Below the pieces are notes generated by a model. The model was not told the origin of the DNA and searched no databases. It worked only from the letters and a program-made list of their open reading frames with translations. The position numbers and the translations under genes were made by a program. A stretch of DNA of 26,489 nt from the IMG/VR virus record IMGVR_UViG_3300044858_005694, positions 1 to 26,489 of that record; one strand, given 5' to 3'. This DNA is from a virus. Taxonomy: Duplodnaviria; Caudoviricetes. The number at the start of each line of letters is the position of its first letter. Within the stretch, counting starts at the first letter, position 1. Positions 16,101 to 24,125 of the stretch are shown here, one piece after another.

Positions 16101-19100
16101 GCCCAAGCCCCGTCAACAAGTCGGCCCGTCTCCGGACCAACCGGAACTTTCTTTGCCGGAGGGAACCGAGGGTGCACCGCGCGATGCGGGCCTGACCCAG
16201 GGACTCAGGGCCCAAGGAACTAAAGTTACCAAACCTTCCGAGGCCGAGGCTCAATACCGTGAGCAGCTCATGGCCGAGGCCCGTGCCGCCCGCCGGATCA
16301 GCCCGGTGCGTTCGGTCGACCAGGTGGCCGAAGAACTTAAAGGCAAGTTCTGGGTGCCTGCGACGTTTCGTTCAGAAGTGCGTCGTCGCGCCTATGCCCG
16401 CCAGCTTCTTGATGCAGCTCGTGATGCGCGTTTTGCCGAGGCGGGCGTGACGCCGCAACGCGTCAATCCTGAGAGCGCGACCGAGAACGAGATCTACGAG
16501 AAAGCCCTGGCCCGCCGCAGCGTGCCGTCGCTCAAGACTATTTACGGACGTCTGACCAAAGAGGCCGGGGTCTCCACTAAAAAATCAGGCAACCTGCAAC
16601 AGGACGCGGCCAACCAAGCCAAAACCGACCAACTGCGCGATCAGGCCCGTGCTGTCTCGACCGAGGCCAATCGGGTTGCGGCGGCTTCGCTGGGTATCCC
16701 GAATCCCGAGGCTATTACGTTCGCCCCGGACTACACGGGCAAAACCAACAACCTGCCGCAGCGCAACACTGTGCGAGAGGACGGCGTGTCGGTTGTGGAG
16801 AACGTCTTTGTCAACGACCCCGAGATCACCGCGCGTCAGATCGACCGGGGCATGGAAGTCACCGTGCCCAAGGAGATGCGCGGCAGTGTGATCGACGGCA
16901 TTACTTTTAACCGCAAGACCGGCAAGGTCACGGCTGCCGCCAGCACGATGGGCGATGGCATCATCGTCTCCAAGCCGGGGCAACTGGAGTCTTACGCAGG
17001 AGACGTCAGGACCAAACTCGAAGAGAATTTCACTATTCCCGAGGAAGGTCGCGGCGATGCGTTGGTCGAGCGAGTCCGCAACTTCGAGCCGAAGAAGCAA
17101 GAAGAGTTCCGCCGAATTCAACGCGAGATTTCCGAAGCCACAGTCAACCTGCCGGGCGAATACGACGGACGGGTCAAATACGCCGCCATGATCATCGCCG
17201 GGGAGGCACTCGACAAAAATGTGTCGATTAACGCCACCACGGCCCTCAAGCAATCTTTCCGCAAATTCTTTGACAAGATCAAACGTCGCGAAGGGGTCTT
17301 CAAACTGTCGCTTGACGCCGGAGTCAACGCTGATGACGACACCACTTGGATTGACTTGACCCCTGATCCAACGGGCGATGCTGCCGATACCAGGTCGCCC
17401 GGAGGCCGGGTCGGTGCGCAGACCAAACGCGTGGATAAGCGGGGCACGGATCGCCTGCAGCGCGTCATGACAGTGGCCGAGGCCGAGAAGACCGTGGCTG
17501 GCATCAACAGCAAATTGGAGTTTGGTGAGCAACTGACCGAGGCCGAACAGGCGTTGTTTGACCCCGCGCGGCGCATGCTCATGACGCGCGACACACTGCA
17601 AGCCCAAGGGGCTCTCAACAAAATACCCGCAAACCGCAGGCGCGGTTTGACCATGTCCGAGTTGGAGGAACTAGGGGGCCAGGGGATCAGGGGATTTGCG
17701 GAGGAGCAGACTCAAGACTTACGCACTGATTTGCCGGATGACGCAGTCCAGTCGGCGGACTCTTTGGTCAACCCCGACGATGAGCGCACCGAGGTATCAC
17801 AGGATGCAATTCGTCGGACCATCGAACTGATCGAACAAGCGGCCCAGGAATTTTTAGGGATCAACAATATACAAGACACCCGCGTGGCCAGCACGCGGAT
17901 GTACGTGACACCGGGCGAACCGAACACAGTGTTCATCAACGCCGAGAACTTGGCGCGTGATCTTGACGGCGTCGATCCCGATGCGGCGTTGGCCTATCTC
18001 AAAAAACTTTTGAACCACGAGCACCGGCACCTGGGTCTGTTTCGTGGAGTAAGTCGTATTACGCTGGATGAGATCGGGGTTTCTTTAACAAAGAAGCAAC
18101 TGCGTGAGATCGCGGAGACTTACTACGCCAACTACACATTCAACAGCGAGGAGCTGCGTGAGCAGGCGATCCAGAAGTTTATCGGCGTGGCTGGAATGAG
18201 CGATGCTGAATTGAGAGGCATTGTTAACGGCACTAATGGGTTGCTTATTATACCGACGAATGCGTCACGGAACCCGCGCTATGGTTTAACAGAGACACAA
18301 CTTCGCGATTTTGGAAACCAAACTATAGATACTATCCGCAAATTGTTGAGCCCTGCGCTCAAGGACAAAGCGTCTGTTCTGCAGGAATTCAAAAACAAAA
18401 CAGAGTTTGTATCTACGATACCGAAATTGGATGCTATTAGAACTGCTGTTTCTTCAACAGATATTATAGATGCTTTTGTAAGATCTGGATTTGTTTATGA
18501 GTCTACAGTTGTAGAAAAAGACGTAGCTACCCAGTCTCGGCAAACGCTGTCTTCGAGTAAGTATACTTTAGCTGCCGTCGAATACATCACGATTCTTTCG
18601 GAACGGCTCCAGAGCGGCGAGTCGGTGCAGGACATCGGCGAAATTCCAAAGACGATCGTGGCCAAGGTCATCGCGGCTTTGAAGGCCGTGCTGCGCCAGT
18701 TACAGACCCGCCTGTTGCTTGTCCGCCAGCAGAACGCGGTGTTTTCTCAAGCCATCAAAAACCTGGAGAGCGGGATCAAGGCGCTGGAAATGGAGTCGCG
18801 GTTGGGCGAAGCCATCGACGCGGCGACTGCGGGCGACCAGGCGGCGTTGGACGCGATCTACCAGTCGGAGGCTGGACTTACGGCACCACAGGATGATGTG
18901 ACTCCGCAAATGGACGCCGACTACCTAGCAGCAGTCGAGCGCGGCGACATGGAGACGGCGCAGCGGATGGTGGATGAGGCGGCGAGGGCTGCGGGTTATA
19001 CAGTCGAAGCGTGGCACGGAACTAAAAAGGATTTCGAAGTATTTGAGCGTTCCAAAACAGGTTCTTTAGGCCCTGGCATTTATTTCTTCTTAACGGAAAA

Positions 19101-22100
19101 CGCCGCTCAAGAGTGGGCAAAATCAAATCGTTTAAGCGGCGGGCAATCGAGAGTAGTGAAAGTGTTGCTCAACACAGGAAATGTATTTGACGTTGACGCA
19201 ATAAATAGTGGAGACGTTGCTGTCTCTGACAGTTTTAACCCTAATGCCACAACTCTAAGGGCGGGGAACGAAATTGTTATTCAGGATTCTAGTCAGGCTA
19301 AATCTGCGGACCCCGTCGCCCGTGACGCCCAAGGCAACGTCATCCCGCTGAGTCAGCGGTTTAACGCGGAGAGCGACAACATTTTTATGTCCGAAGCCGA
19401 CTTCGGCGTGGACGACAATGGCGAAGTCCGTCCTGTCGGACCGCTCGACCGGATCAGCTACAGCGTCAAGATCAACGGCATTCGGGTAGAGACAACGGCC
19501 AAGGACCCACAAATTGCCGCGCGTAACGCGGTCTTCCGCATGTTCAAGGCGCGGGAGGCTGTGCCGTTCGAGGGCCAGACTTACCGCAGTCCTCAAGCTC
19601 TGATCAAAGCGATCACGGCCAGTGGATCGCGGGTCTTTGGCGCGGCCAACTGGGGCCGCAAGTTCTCCAAGCCGACGGTGCGCAAAGCCGTCGATGGCAC
19701 TGCGATGCTCCCGGCTCGTCCGTCCGAACAGGCCGAGTTGCCCCTGATCTTTCCGTCCATGGCCCAGACAGCGCGAGTCCGCGTGGGCCAGGCCAGTCCG
19801 GACGGGCGGCCCAAGGGCGGGTTCTGGGACAATCTCAAGGCCATGGTGCGGGGACGTTACAGCGAGACCAAGCGCAAGGTGGGCGGCATCACTTCGTCCG
19901 GACGTGCGACTCCGTTGGAGCGCGAGGTCATCGCCAAGCAACAGGCCAAGATCCAGTCGCTCATGTTCAAAGTTGAGACGATCACCAAGAGCTTGGGGCG
20001 CGAGTTGAAGAAAGTCCGCAAGGCCAACAAGGAGGCGGTCCCGCCCGAGTTAATCAATACGGCGTTGGGTACAACAGAGAACCCCTACACCGACGATCAG
20101 GTCAAACAGCTCAACAAGACCAAGGACGCTAAGGCCCGCGCTAAGCTCCAGGAACAATTTCGCGCTGACAACGTGAAGGAGGCCCGGCGGATGAGCAACG
20201 AGGCTTTGGCTCAGCTCCCCGGATACAACCCCAAATACGACGGTGTCGACCAATTCCATACGGGCGTGGCTAAACACGTCCTCGACATGCGCAACTATGT
20301 GGACGAACTGAGCCGGTTCTTGATGGAGGGCGGCTACATTCCGGCCAATCTCAAGGCGGTGATCGAGACCAACCTGGGCGTGTATCTGCACCGTTCGTAC
20401 ACTATTTACGACAATCCTCTGTGGAAAAAATTTATGTTCGATCCGCAGACCGATGAGCATCTCCGTATTCGGGCAGATGCAATGCGGCTGTTTAATCGTT
20501 ACGCGGTGGCTGAGATTGCCCGTGAGTTGCGGGATGAGGCTCAAAAAAGCGGGGCTCCTATCTCCCAACGCGACGCGTTACGCTTGGCTTCACGTCAACG
20601 CGACAAGATCGCCGATCGGGCCAGCAATTTGTTGACCGAGTATCTCAGTGTTGCCGACGACAAGAGCTACAACTTCTTCGTCACGGGCGAGCTGCCGGGT
20701 GAGCGCAAGCTGGACATCATCAAAGTGCGCGGCCAGATCCCCAAGGAGATCCGAGAGCTGTGGGGCGAGATCAAGGACGCCGAGACCAACTTCACCAAGA
20801 CGATCGGCAAGATGGCCGGGTTCATCGCGGCGACCGACACGTCCCGAGAACTGGTTCGGATCGGCTTGGAGAACAACTACATGTGGAAAAAAGGCGTCTC
20901 CAAGGGCGAGCGCCCGGCCGGATTCCACCTGATCTACAAAAAAGGCGAGGTAAACCCGAGCGCGGTCAGTCCGCTGGACGACGTTTATGCGCCTGAGGAA
21001 GTCGGAGCTTTTATGCGCTCGTTCCGCGACCGTAAGACCCTGGACGGCTGGGCCAAGTATTTCTCGTTTTTCACAGCTCAAACCATGGCGATGAAGACAA
21101 TCGGCAACCCGCCACAATCCTATGTAAGAAACTTTTTGGGTAACATATTGCTAATGATTAACGCGGGCTACGTTATGCCCACTGCGCCGGGACAGATGTG
21201 GCAGTCCATGAAGAAGGCCGCCAAAGTGGCGTTGTCTAGCTCTAATCTCAGGCTCGATGAAGCGATGACTCAGACGGTGCAGGAGGCTATTGCTCGTGGA
21301 TTAGTGGCTGACAACGTAGAGTCCAGCCTGATGAAAGAGATGGTCGACGAAAGCGTCGGCGAAGCCGGATTCAAACAACTTTACGAGGCCAGGGCTTTTG
21401 AAACGGCTTTTGAAAAAGCAAAACGAAAAAGCACGGGGGCCATTCGCACTTCGTTTAACGCATTGGCGAAAGTTTACCAAGGCGTTGACGATTTTTGGAA
21501 AATCTTTGCTTTTGAAATGGAGAAATTTCAGCAGCGTAAAGCACATCCGAAGTGGTCCGCCGAGCAACTGGCGGACGAAGCGGCTCGCCGGGTGCGCGAC
21601 AAAATCCCCACGTATAGCCTTTCGCCGGAGCTGACCAAAGAGATCCGGCGGATTCCGTTTCTGGCCCCGTTCATCACGTGGACGAGTGAAGTAATACGCA
21701 CCAGTGCCAACAATCTTGCGATTGCGCGTGAAGACATTCGGGTTGGCAACGAGACCGGGAATAGGCAAATGAGGCAAAACGGCTACCGAGCTATCTACGG
21801 GGCGGGAGCGGCCTATGCGTTTTTCCCGGTGCTGGCGGCGATTACTAAGTCAATGTTTGGCTACGATGAGGAAGACGAGGACGCGTATCGCCGGGGGCTA
21901 CCAGAGTACGAGCAAAACGCGACTTTGATATTTTATGGTCCAAGAGAAGACGGCAGAGCTTCACACTTTAATGTAAGCTATTTAGACCCGTTTCAGATGC
22001 GGTTGGAAGGACCGACGGCATTTTTCCGGGCGTTGCGCAACGAGGAGCCGCTGACGGATGCGTCAATAGCGGCTTTGCGCGAAGTGTTGCGTCCGGTGTT

Positions 22101-22827
22101 TTCGGAACAGTTGTTTTTCGGGGCTATTATGGATTTGTCTCGCAACCAGACGGCGCAAGGGCGGCCGATTTACAACGAGCAAGATACCGCATACAACAAA
22201 ACTACGGCTTCGATTGGCCATCTTTGGCGCGTCATGGGTCCGGGGGTGCTCGTCGGTTCGGGCAACCGGATCATGCTGGCGGCCGAGGGCACGGTGCTGC
22301 CCAGTGGCCGGTCATTTGATTTAAGCAACGAAGTTACGGGCATGTTCGCGGGCCAACGCCTTTCGGAACAAGACTTTCGTATGAGTCTTGACGACAAGGT
22401 CAAACAATACATAGCGGCCAGGGCGGACGCCACGCAGTTGTTTTCGCGAGTGTTCTCAAGCCAAGGAACGGTGGACCTGAAAGATATCGGTCCGGCCTAC
22501 GACAACGCCGAGCGGGCGCATCGCGAGCAATTTGAAATGATATCTCAGGCGTTTGAAGACGCCCAACTGATGGGCGTCCCCCGCAAGGATGCGATTCAAA
22601 TTTTATTGGGGTCGGGCGGGCGTGGGGTTTCCAAGGACGTGGTCCGTGAAGTCTTGGCTGGGCGTTACCAGCGCTGGATGCCGACGGATGTCCAGATGAA
22701 GGGCGCGGCTCGTGGGTTGGTGCCCGACGGACGGGCTCGCCTCAAAGCGCTGCAGGAGCACTTACAGCGCGTAAAGCAGTTTGATCGCCAGCGCAAAGAG
22801 GAGGAACGGGACTCCGCAGAGCAGTAG
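13135..22827 (+). CDS. Giant internal virion 'polyvalent' protein (zincin HExxH, ART-like module, LPD38-like C-terminus)
   Basis: 3230 aa. The N-terminal 'SWVEIEEDEEFQSLAPD' resembles P22-type DNA-transfer protein starts, followed by Ala/Gly-rich hydrophobic helices, Pro/Ala linkers, HEHRH (18016-18030) and 'WHGT...GPGIYF...EIVI..SQAKSADPV' (18910-19392). The C-terminal region carries 'FLAPFITW...LPEYEQN'. Confidence 0.8.
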   Translation: MLRKPRSWVEIEEDEEFQSLAPDRKLKILNDWSTAVQDYGLSTGATPDNAGFGKIRGFRDQKAQEYETLLNPPAEPDKPFFRLGDVASALGGVPKDLYYGVPVAARRLGEGLVRPDQYSAESQQAFAEERRRLEEEQKLQQERELRGESSTMGDWIRQASDSAAFSIANMGVALPASAAAGAAVSAAFPPAAPITGPLTTAAAAGAAMLTSAPVAYRIAGNQFLDDAFNELTKQKGEPLTEEERDKAYNELLPIAQNTALWEAGPEAVGNAVTLGVGKFVFGFGKDAAVDLAAKALGKAGQTASKDFAAGAALKSLQAAGVKAPSAELIEATADKAMKEAAKTGIRRAVEKSAAVLGDVGVETTTEAITQTQQGYDQGRMQQYVQTGSTEGAVNEYEGLAGFGKAYKEVFGPTIATLGMFGATAGGIKAASMALPGNNQKKKEETIDNIVAGAAAIADNLNKSGAPQTAKAMSDVAAKQASAVLRTQQNEEDLVDETTRELLDDLEAKAAEEKKNQPGKPTATFDTPEAESLDALERYRRGELTMDQLAATNARLQIQQRNVARGEGDNPLQQYVDKSKLYSNDVLNLLSQYGGIEAETLADVSNPEAVVAWLQRNDIGPRNRAWRGRELTPFGDQGAGTPLFDQAPKPAAVTLTPAPAPAPEPVVEEPPAAVKIPDQFTPDALAAQPDDEFNENERVVAGAVERLPEGDPRRVAAQQALSNIQAERARRTPAPAAATPAPAAVTPTPAPATPASAAPAPAPAPAPAPAPETPDVDPYSPEELAKLTDDELDEEATLAQRRAELVGTFGNMGVGVEAEAAEANDVLGKVTAEINRRKQPAAPGATNPFEQSGVVVTGTGGVPTDPNRLDATTLEQKNPLGLRVAAKAPSGEVVVGKTGEAHFNLEYPEGSDLGFVDRDGNYLTRAEAAKAQTQALSSAMAPASPTPASSASGVTTTQPKPTATAPKPATQEGDLVLTNDPLPEAPKNQQPKPRQQVGPSPDQPELSLPEGTEGAPRDAGLTQGLRAQGTKVTKPSEAEAQYREQLMAEARAARRISPVRSVDQVAEELKGKFWVPATFRSEVRRRAYARQLLDAARDARFAEAGVTPQRVNPESATENEIYEKALARRSVPSLKTIYGRLTKEAGVSTKKSGNLQQDAANQAKTDQLRDQARAVSTEANRVAAASLGIPNPEAITFAPDYTGKTNNLPQRNTVREDGVSVVENVFVNDPEITARQIDRGMEVTVPKEMRGSVIDGITFNRKTGKVTAAASTMGDGIIVSKPGQLESYAGDVRTKLEENFTIPEEGRGDALVERVRNFEPKKQEEFRRIQREISEATVNLPGEYDGRVKYAAMIIAGEALDKNVSINATTALKQSFRKFFDKIKRREGVFKLSLDAGVNADDDTTWIDLTPDPTGDAADTRSPGGRVGAQTKRVDKRGTDRLQRVMTVAEAEKTVAGINSKLEFGEQLTEAEQALFDPARRMLMTRDTLQAQGALNKIPANRRRGLTMSELEELGGQGIRGFAEEQTQDLRTDLPDDAVQSADSLVNPDDERTEVSQDAIRRTIELIEQAAQEFLGINNIQDTRVASTRMYVTPGEPNTVFINAENLARDLDGVDPDAALAYLKKLLNHEHRHLGLFRGVSRITLDEIGVSLTKKQLREIAETYYANYTFNSEELREQAIQKFIGVAGMSDAELRGIVNGTNGLLIIPTNASRNPRYGLTETQLRDFGNQTIDTIRKLLSPALKDKASVLQEFKNKTEFVSTIPKLDAIRTAVSSTDIIDAFVRSGFVYESTVVEKDVATQSRQTLSSSKYTLAAVEYITILSERLQSGESVQDIGEIPKTIVAKVIAALKAVLRQLQTRLLLVRQQNAVFSQAIKNLESGIKALEMESRLGEAIDAATAGDQAALDAIYQSEAGLTAPQDDVTPQMDADYLAAVERGDMETAQRMVDEAARAAGYTVEAWHGTKKDFEVFERSKTGSLGPGIYFFLTENAAQEWAKSNRLSGGQSRVVKVLLNTGNVFDVDAINSGDVAVSDSFNPNATTLRAGNEIVIQDSSQAKSADPVARDAQGNVIPLSQRFNAESDNIFMSEADFGVDDNGEVRPVGPLDRISYSVKINGIRVETTAKDPQIAARNAVFRMFKAREAVPFEGQTYRSPQALIKAITASGSRVFGAANWGRKFSKPTVRKAVDGTAMLPARPSEQAELPLIFPSMAQTARVRVGQASPDGRPKGGFWDNLKAMVRGRYSETKRKVGGITSSGRATPLEREVIAKQQAKIQSLMFKVETITKSLGRELKKVRKANKEAVPPELINTALGTTENPYTDDQVKQLNKTKDAKARAKLQEQFRADNVKEARRMSNEALAQLPGYNPKYDGVDQFHTGVAKHVLDMRNYVDELSRFLMEGGYIPANLKAVIETNLGVYLHRSYTIYDNPLWKKFMFDPQTDEHLRIRADAMRLFNRYAVAEIARELRDEAQKSGAPISQRDALRLASRQRDKIADRASNLLTEYLSVADDKSYNFFVTGELPGERKLDIIKVRGQIPKEIRELWGEIKDAETNFTKTIGKMAGFIAATDTSRELVRIGLENNYMWKKGVSKGERPAGFHLIYKKGEVNPSAVSPLDDVYAPEEVGAFMRSFRDRKTLDGWAKYFSFFTAQTMAMKTIGNPPQSYVRNFLGNILLMINAGYVMPTAPGQMWQSMKKAAKVALSSSNLRLDEAMTQTVQEAIARGLVADNVESSLMKEMVDESVGEAGFKQLYEARAFETAFEKAKRKSTGAIRTSFNALAKVYQGVDDFWKIFAFEMEKFQQRKAHPKWSAEQLADEAARRVRDKIPTYSLSPELTKEIRRIPFLAPFITWTSEVIRTSANNLAIAREDIRVGNETGNRQMRQNGYRAIYGAGAAYAFFPVLAAITKSMFGYDEEDEDAYRRGLPEYEQNATLIFYGPREDGRASHFNVSYLDPFQMRLEGPTAFFRALRNEEPLTDASIAALREVLRPVFSEQLFFGAIMDLSRNQTAQGRPIYNEQDTAYNKTTASIGHLWRVMGPGVLVGSGNRIMLAAEGTVLPSGRSFDLSNEVTGMFAGQRLSEQDFRMSLDDKVKQYIAARADATQLFSRVFSSQGTVDLKDIGPAYDNAERAHREQFEMISQAFEDAQLMGVPRKDAIQILLGSGGRGVSKDVVREVLAGRYQRWMPTDVQMKGAARGLVPDGRARLKALQEHLQRVKQFDRQRKEEERDSAEQ
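15325..15450 (+). repeat. Low-complexity Pro-Ala(-Thr) linker repeat
   Basis: Tandem gcacct/gcacca/gcaccg units encoding TPAPAAATPAPAAVTPTPAP...APAPAPAPAP. Confidence 0.85.
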
Positions 22828-22905
22828 GATGCCGACGAAGTTCAGTGTCCCGACAATCACGAGGTTGTAAAATACTTCGATTAGGTTGGTTATTATTTTC
22901 ATATT

Positions 22906-23499
22906 ATGTTGAGGCTAATGCGTAGGGATGTGGTCCCGCATGGGGGGTGGGTTTACACCCAACTCCCCACGGGAACCGAAATTAAAGCGCCGACATGGCA
23001 GGAACTTCTGCGGCGCGTCCGCCGTTTTCGTATAGCGAACGGGATTCATATCGAAAGGGATTTCGAGGAGGCGCTCGGCCAGGAGATTTGTCGGCAACAG
23101 AACTGGCCCGAGGCGATCTGCCGGGAGGAAGCGCCGCCGACTGTCGAAAAACGACAGTTGGGCACAATGGACGTGGTCAATTTCCTCAAAGTCTTGAAGC
23201 ACTGGGTCTTCCATACCCCTGCTTTGGTCGAGCCGGAGGAGGCCGACCGGCGCGCGGCGATTTGCGCGGCGTGTCCCTACAATGTGGACGCGGTCGGGTG
23301 TTTCGGCTGTGCCAACGTGGCTGGGATGATCTTCGACGTCGTCAACGACCGGTCGACGCCTCACGACGGACAACTCAAGAACTGCCAGGTGTGTGGTTGT
23401 GTGAATCGTGCTCAAGTGTGGGTGCCCAAGGAAACCCTGGACAAGGGTGTGACAGCGGAGATGCGGGAGGATTTTCCCGATCACTGCTGGAAGAAGTGA
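22906..23499 (+). CDS. Cys-rich (Zn-binding) hypothetical protein
   Basis: 'EEADRRAAICAACPYN', 'CFGC', 'CQVCGC' and terminal 'PDHCWKK'. Confidence 0.7.
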   Translation: MLRLMRRDVVPHGGWVYTQLPTGTEIKAPTWQELLRRVRRFRIANGIHIERDFEEALGQEICRQQNWPEAICREEAPPTVEKRQLGTMDVVNFLKVLKHWVFHTPALVEPEEADRRAAICAACPYNVDAVGCFGCANVAGMIFDVVNDRSTPHDGQLKNCQVCGCVNRAQVWVPKETLDKGVTAEMREDFPDHCWKK

Positions 23500-23525
23500 G
23501 AAGGGGGCCTTGCGGCCCCCGTTCT
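23499..23525. terminator. Hairpin between convergent genes, probable bidirectional terminator
   Basis: GGGGGCC-TTGC-GGCCCCC (23503-23520), flanked by agaa and gttct, exactly between the stops at 23499 (+) and 23524 (-). Confidence 0.7.
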
Positions 23526-23844
23526 ACCTTAGCGGCGCTTCTTGATCGAAGCTGGCTTGGCCGGTTTCGGCGTCATTTTGCTTTTGCCCATGTTGTTTCA
23601 CCTCCTCTCGCAGTAGTTGCCCGAAGTCGGGCTGGTAAGTCCGCATGAGCGGATCGTAAATTTTTCCCGGCGGAGCCGTCATTTTTCGCCACGTATCTAC
23701 AATGTTGATCCACGAAGTTTCCAAGGGCGCATTCCACTCGTGGACCGGGGGAAAGTTGTGCGGGGCGGTGTGTTTCCAGTTGGGGTTGGTGCAGGCTGTG
23801 AGCAGCAGGACCAGGGCTGTTGGTGCAGGGGACCAGGGGTTCAC
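23524..23844 (-). CDS. Putative lipoprotein
   Basis: 'TALVLLLTAC' lipobox near the N-terminus. GTGA overlap with the upstream gene. Confidence 0.55.
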   Translation of the reverse strand: MNPWSPAPTALVLLLTACTNPNWKHTAPHNFPPVHEWNAPLETSWINIVDTWRKMTAPPGKIYDPLMRTYQPDFGQLLREEVKQHGQKQNDAETGQASFDQEAPLR

Positions 23845-24041
23845 TCGGCGTTTTGGATGTCGAAGGTCGGGTTTTGCAGGACGCAGAACTGTTCGCTGCG
23901 GAAGTGGCGGATCACTCCGTCCTTCTCTAGCACCACGGCAAAGACGTCATTGGCGAACGTGCCGCCGTCGCGCACATACATAAGCCAGCCGTAACCGATG
24001 TCGGTTTTGACCGGCACAGGGTTTTTGAATTCGTGGATCAT
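23841..24041 (-). CDS. Small phage hypothetical protein
   Basis: 66 aa 'MIHEFKNPVPVKTDIGYG...DVFAVVL..DG.IRHF......NPTF', a type of small beta-protein I recognise from aquatic phages. Confidence 0.65.
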   Translation of the reverse strand: MIHEFKNPVPVKTDIGYGWLMYVRDGGTFANDVFAVVLEKDGVIRHFRSEQFCVLQNPTFDIQNAE

Positions 24042-24125
24042 AAAAAGTGCGGAACACAGACGAAGGGCCTCGGCTGTGTCCCTCGCATGAGCGTCGGTCT
24101 CGCGTTAAGTCCCATCCCGCTCCTG

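Noticed and set aside
14071-17607. Long antisense ORFs (14071..15306, 16585..17607 and similar ones such as 3416..4303 and 24033..24812)
   Set aside because: These are shadow ORFs expected opposite GC-rich coding sequence, with no motifs and no plausible expression context.
18195-18570. Intein or self-splicing intron explaining the AT-rich block
   Set aside because: There are no intein terminal residues or LAGLIDADG/HNH motifs, the frame is uninterrupted, and no intron core elements are visible.
13135-22827. Virion RNA polymerase (N4- or crAss-like) as the identity of the giant ORF
   Set aside because: I found no DxDxD double-psi-barrel motif or T7-like polymerase motifs. The recognisable motifs are zincin, ART-like and LPD-like.
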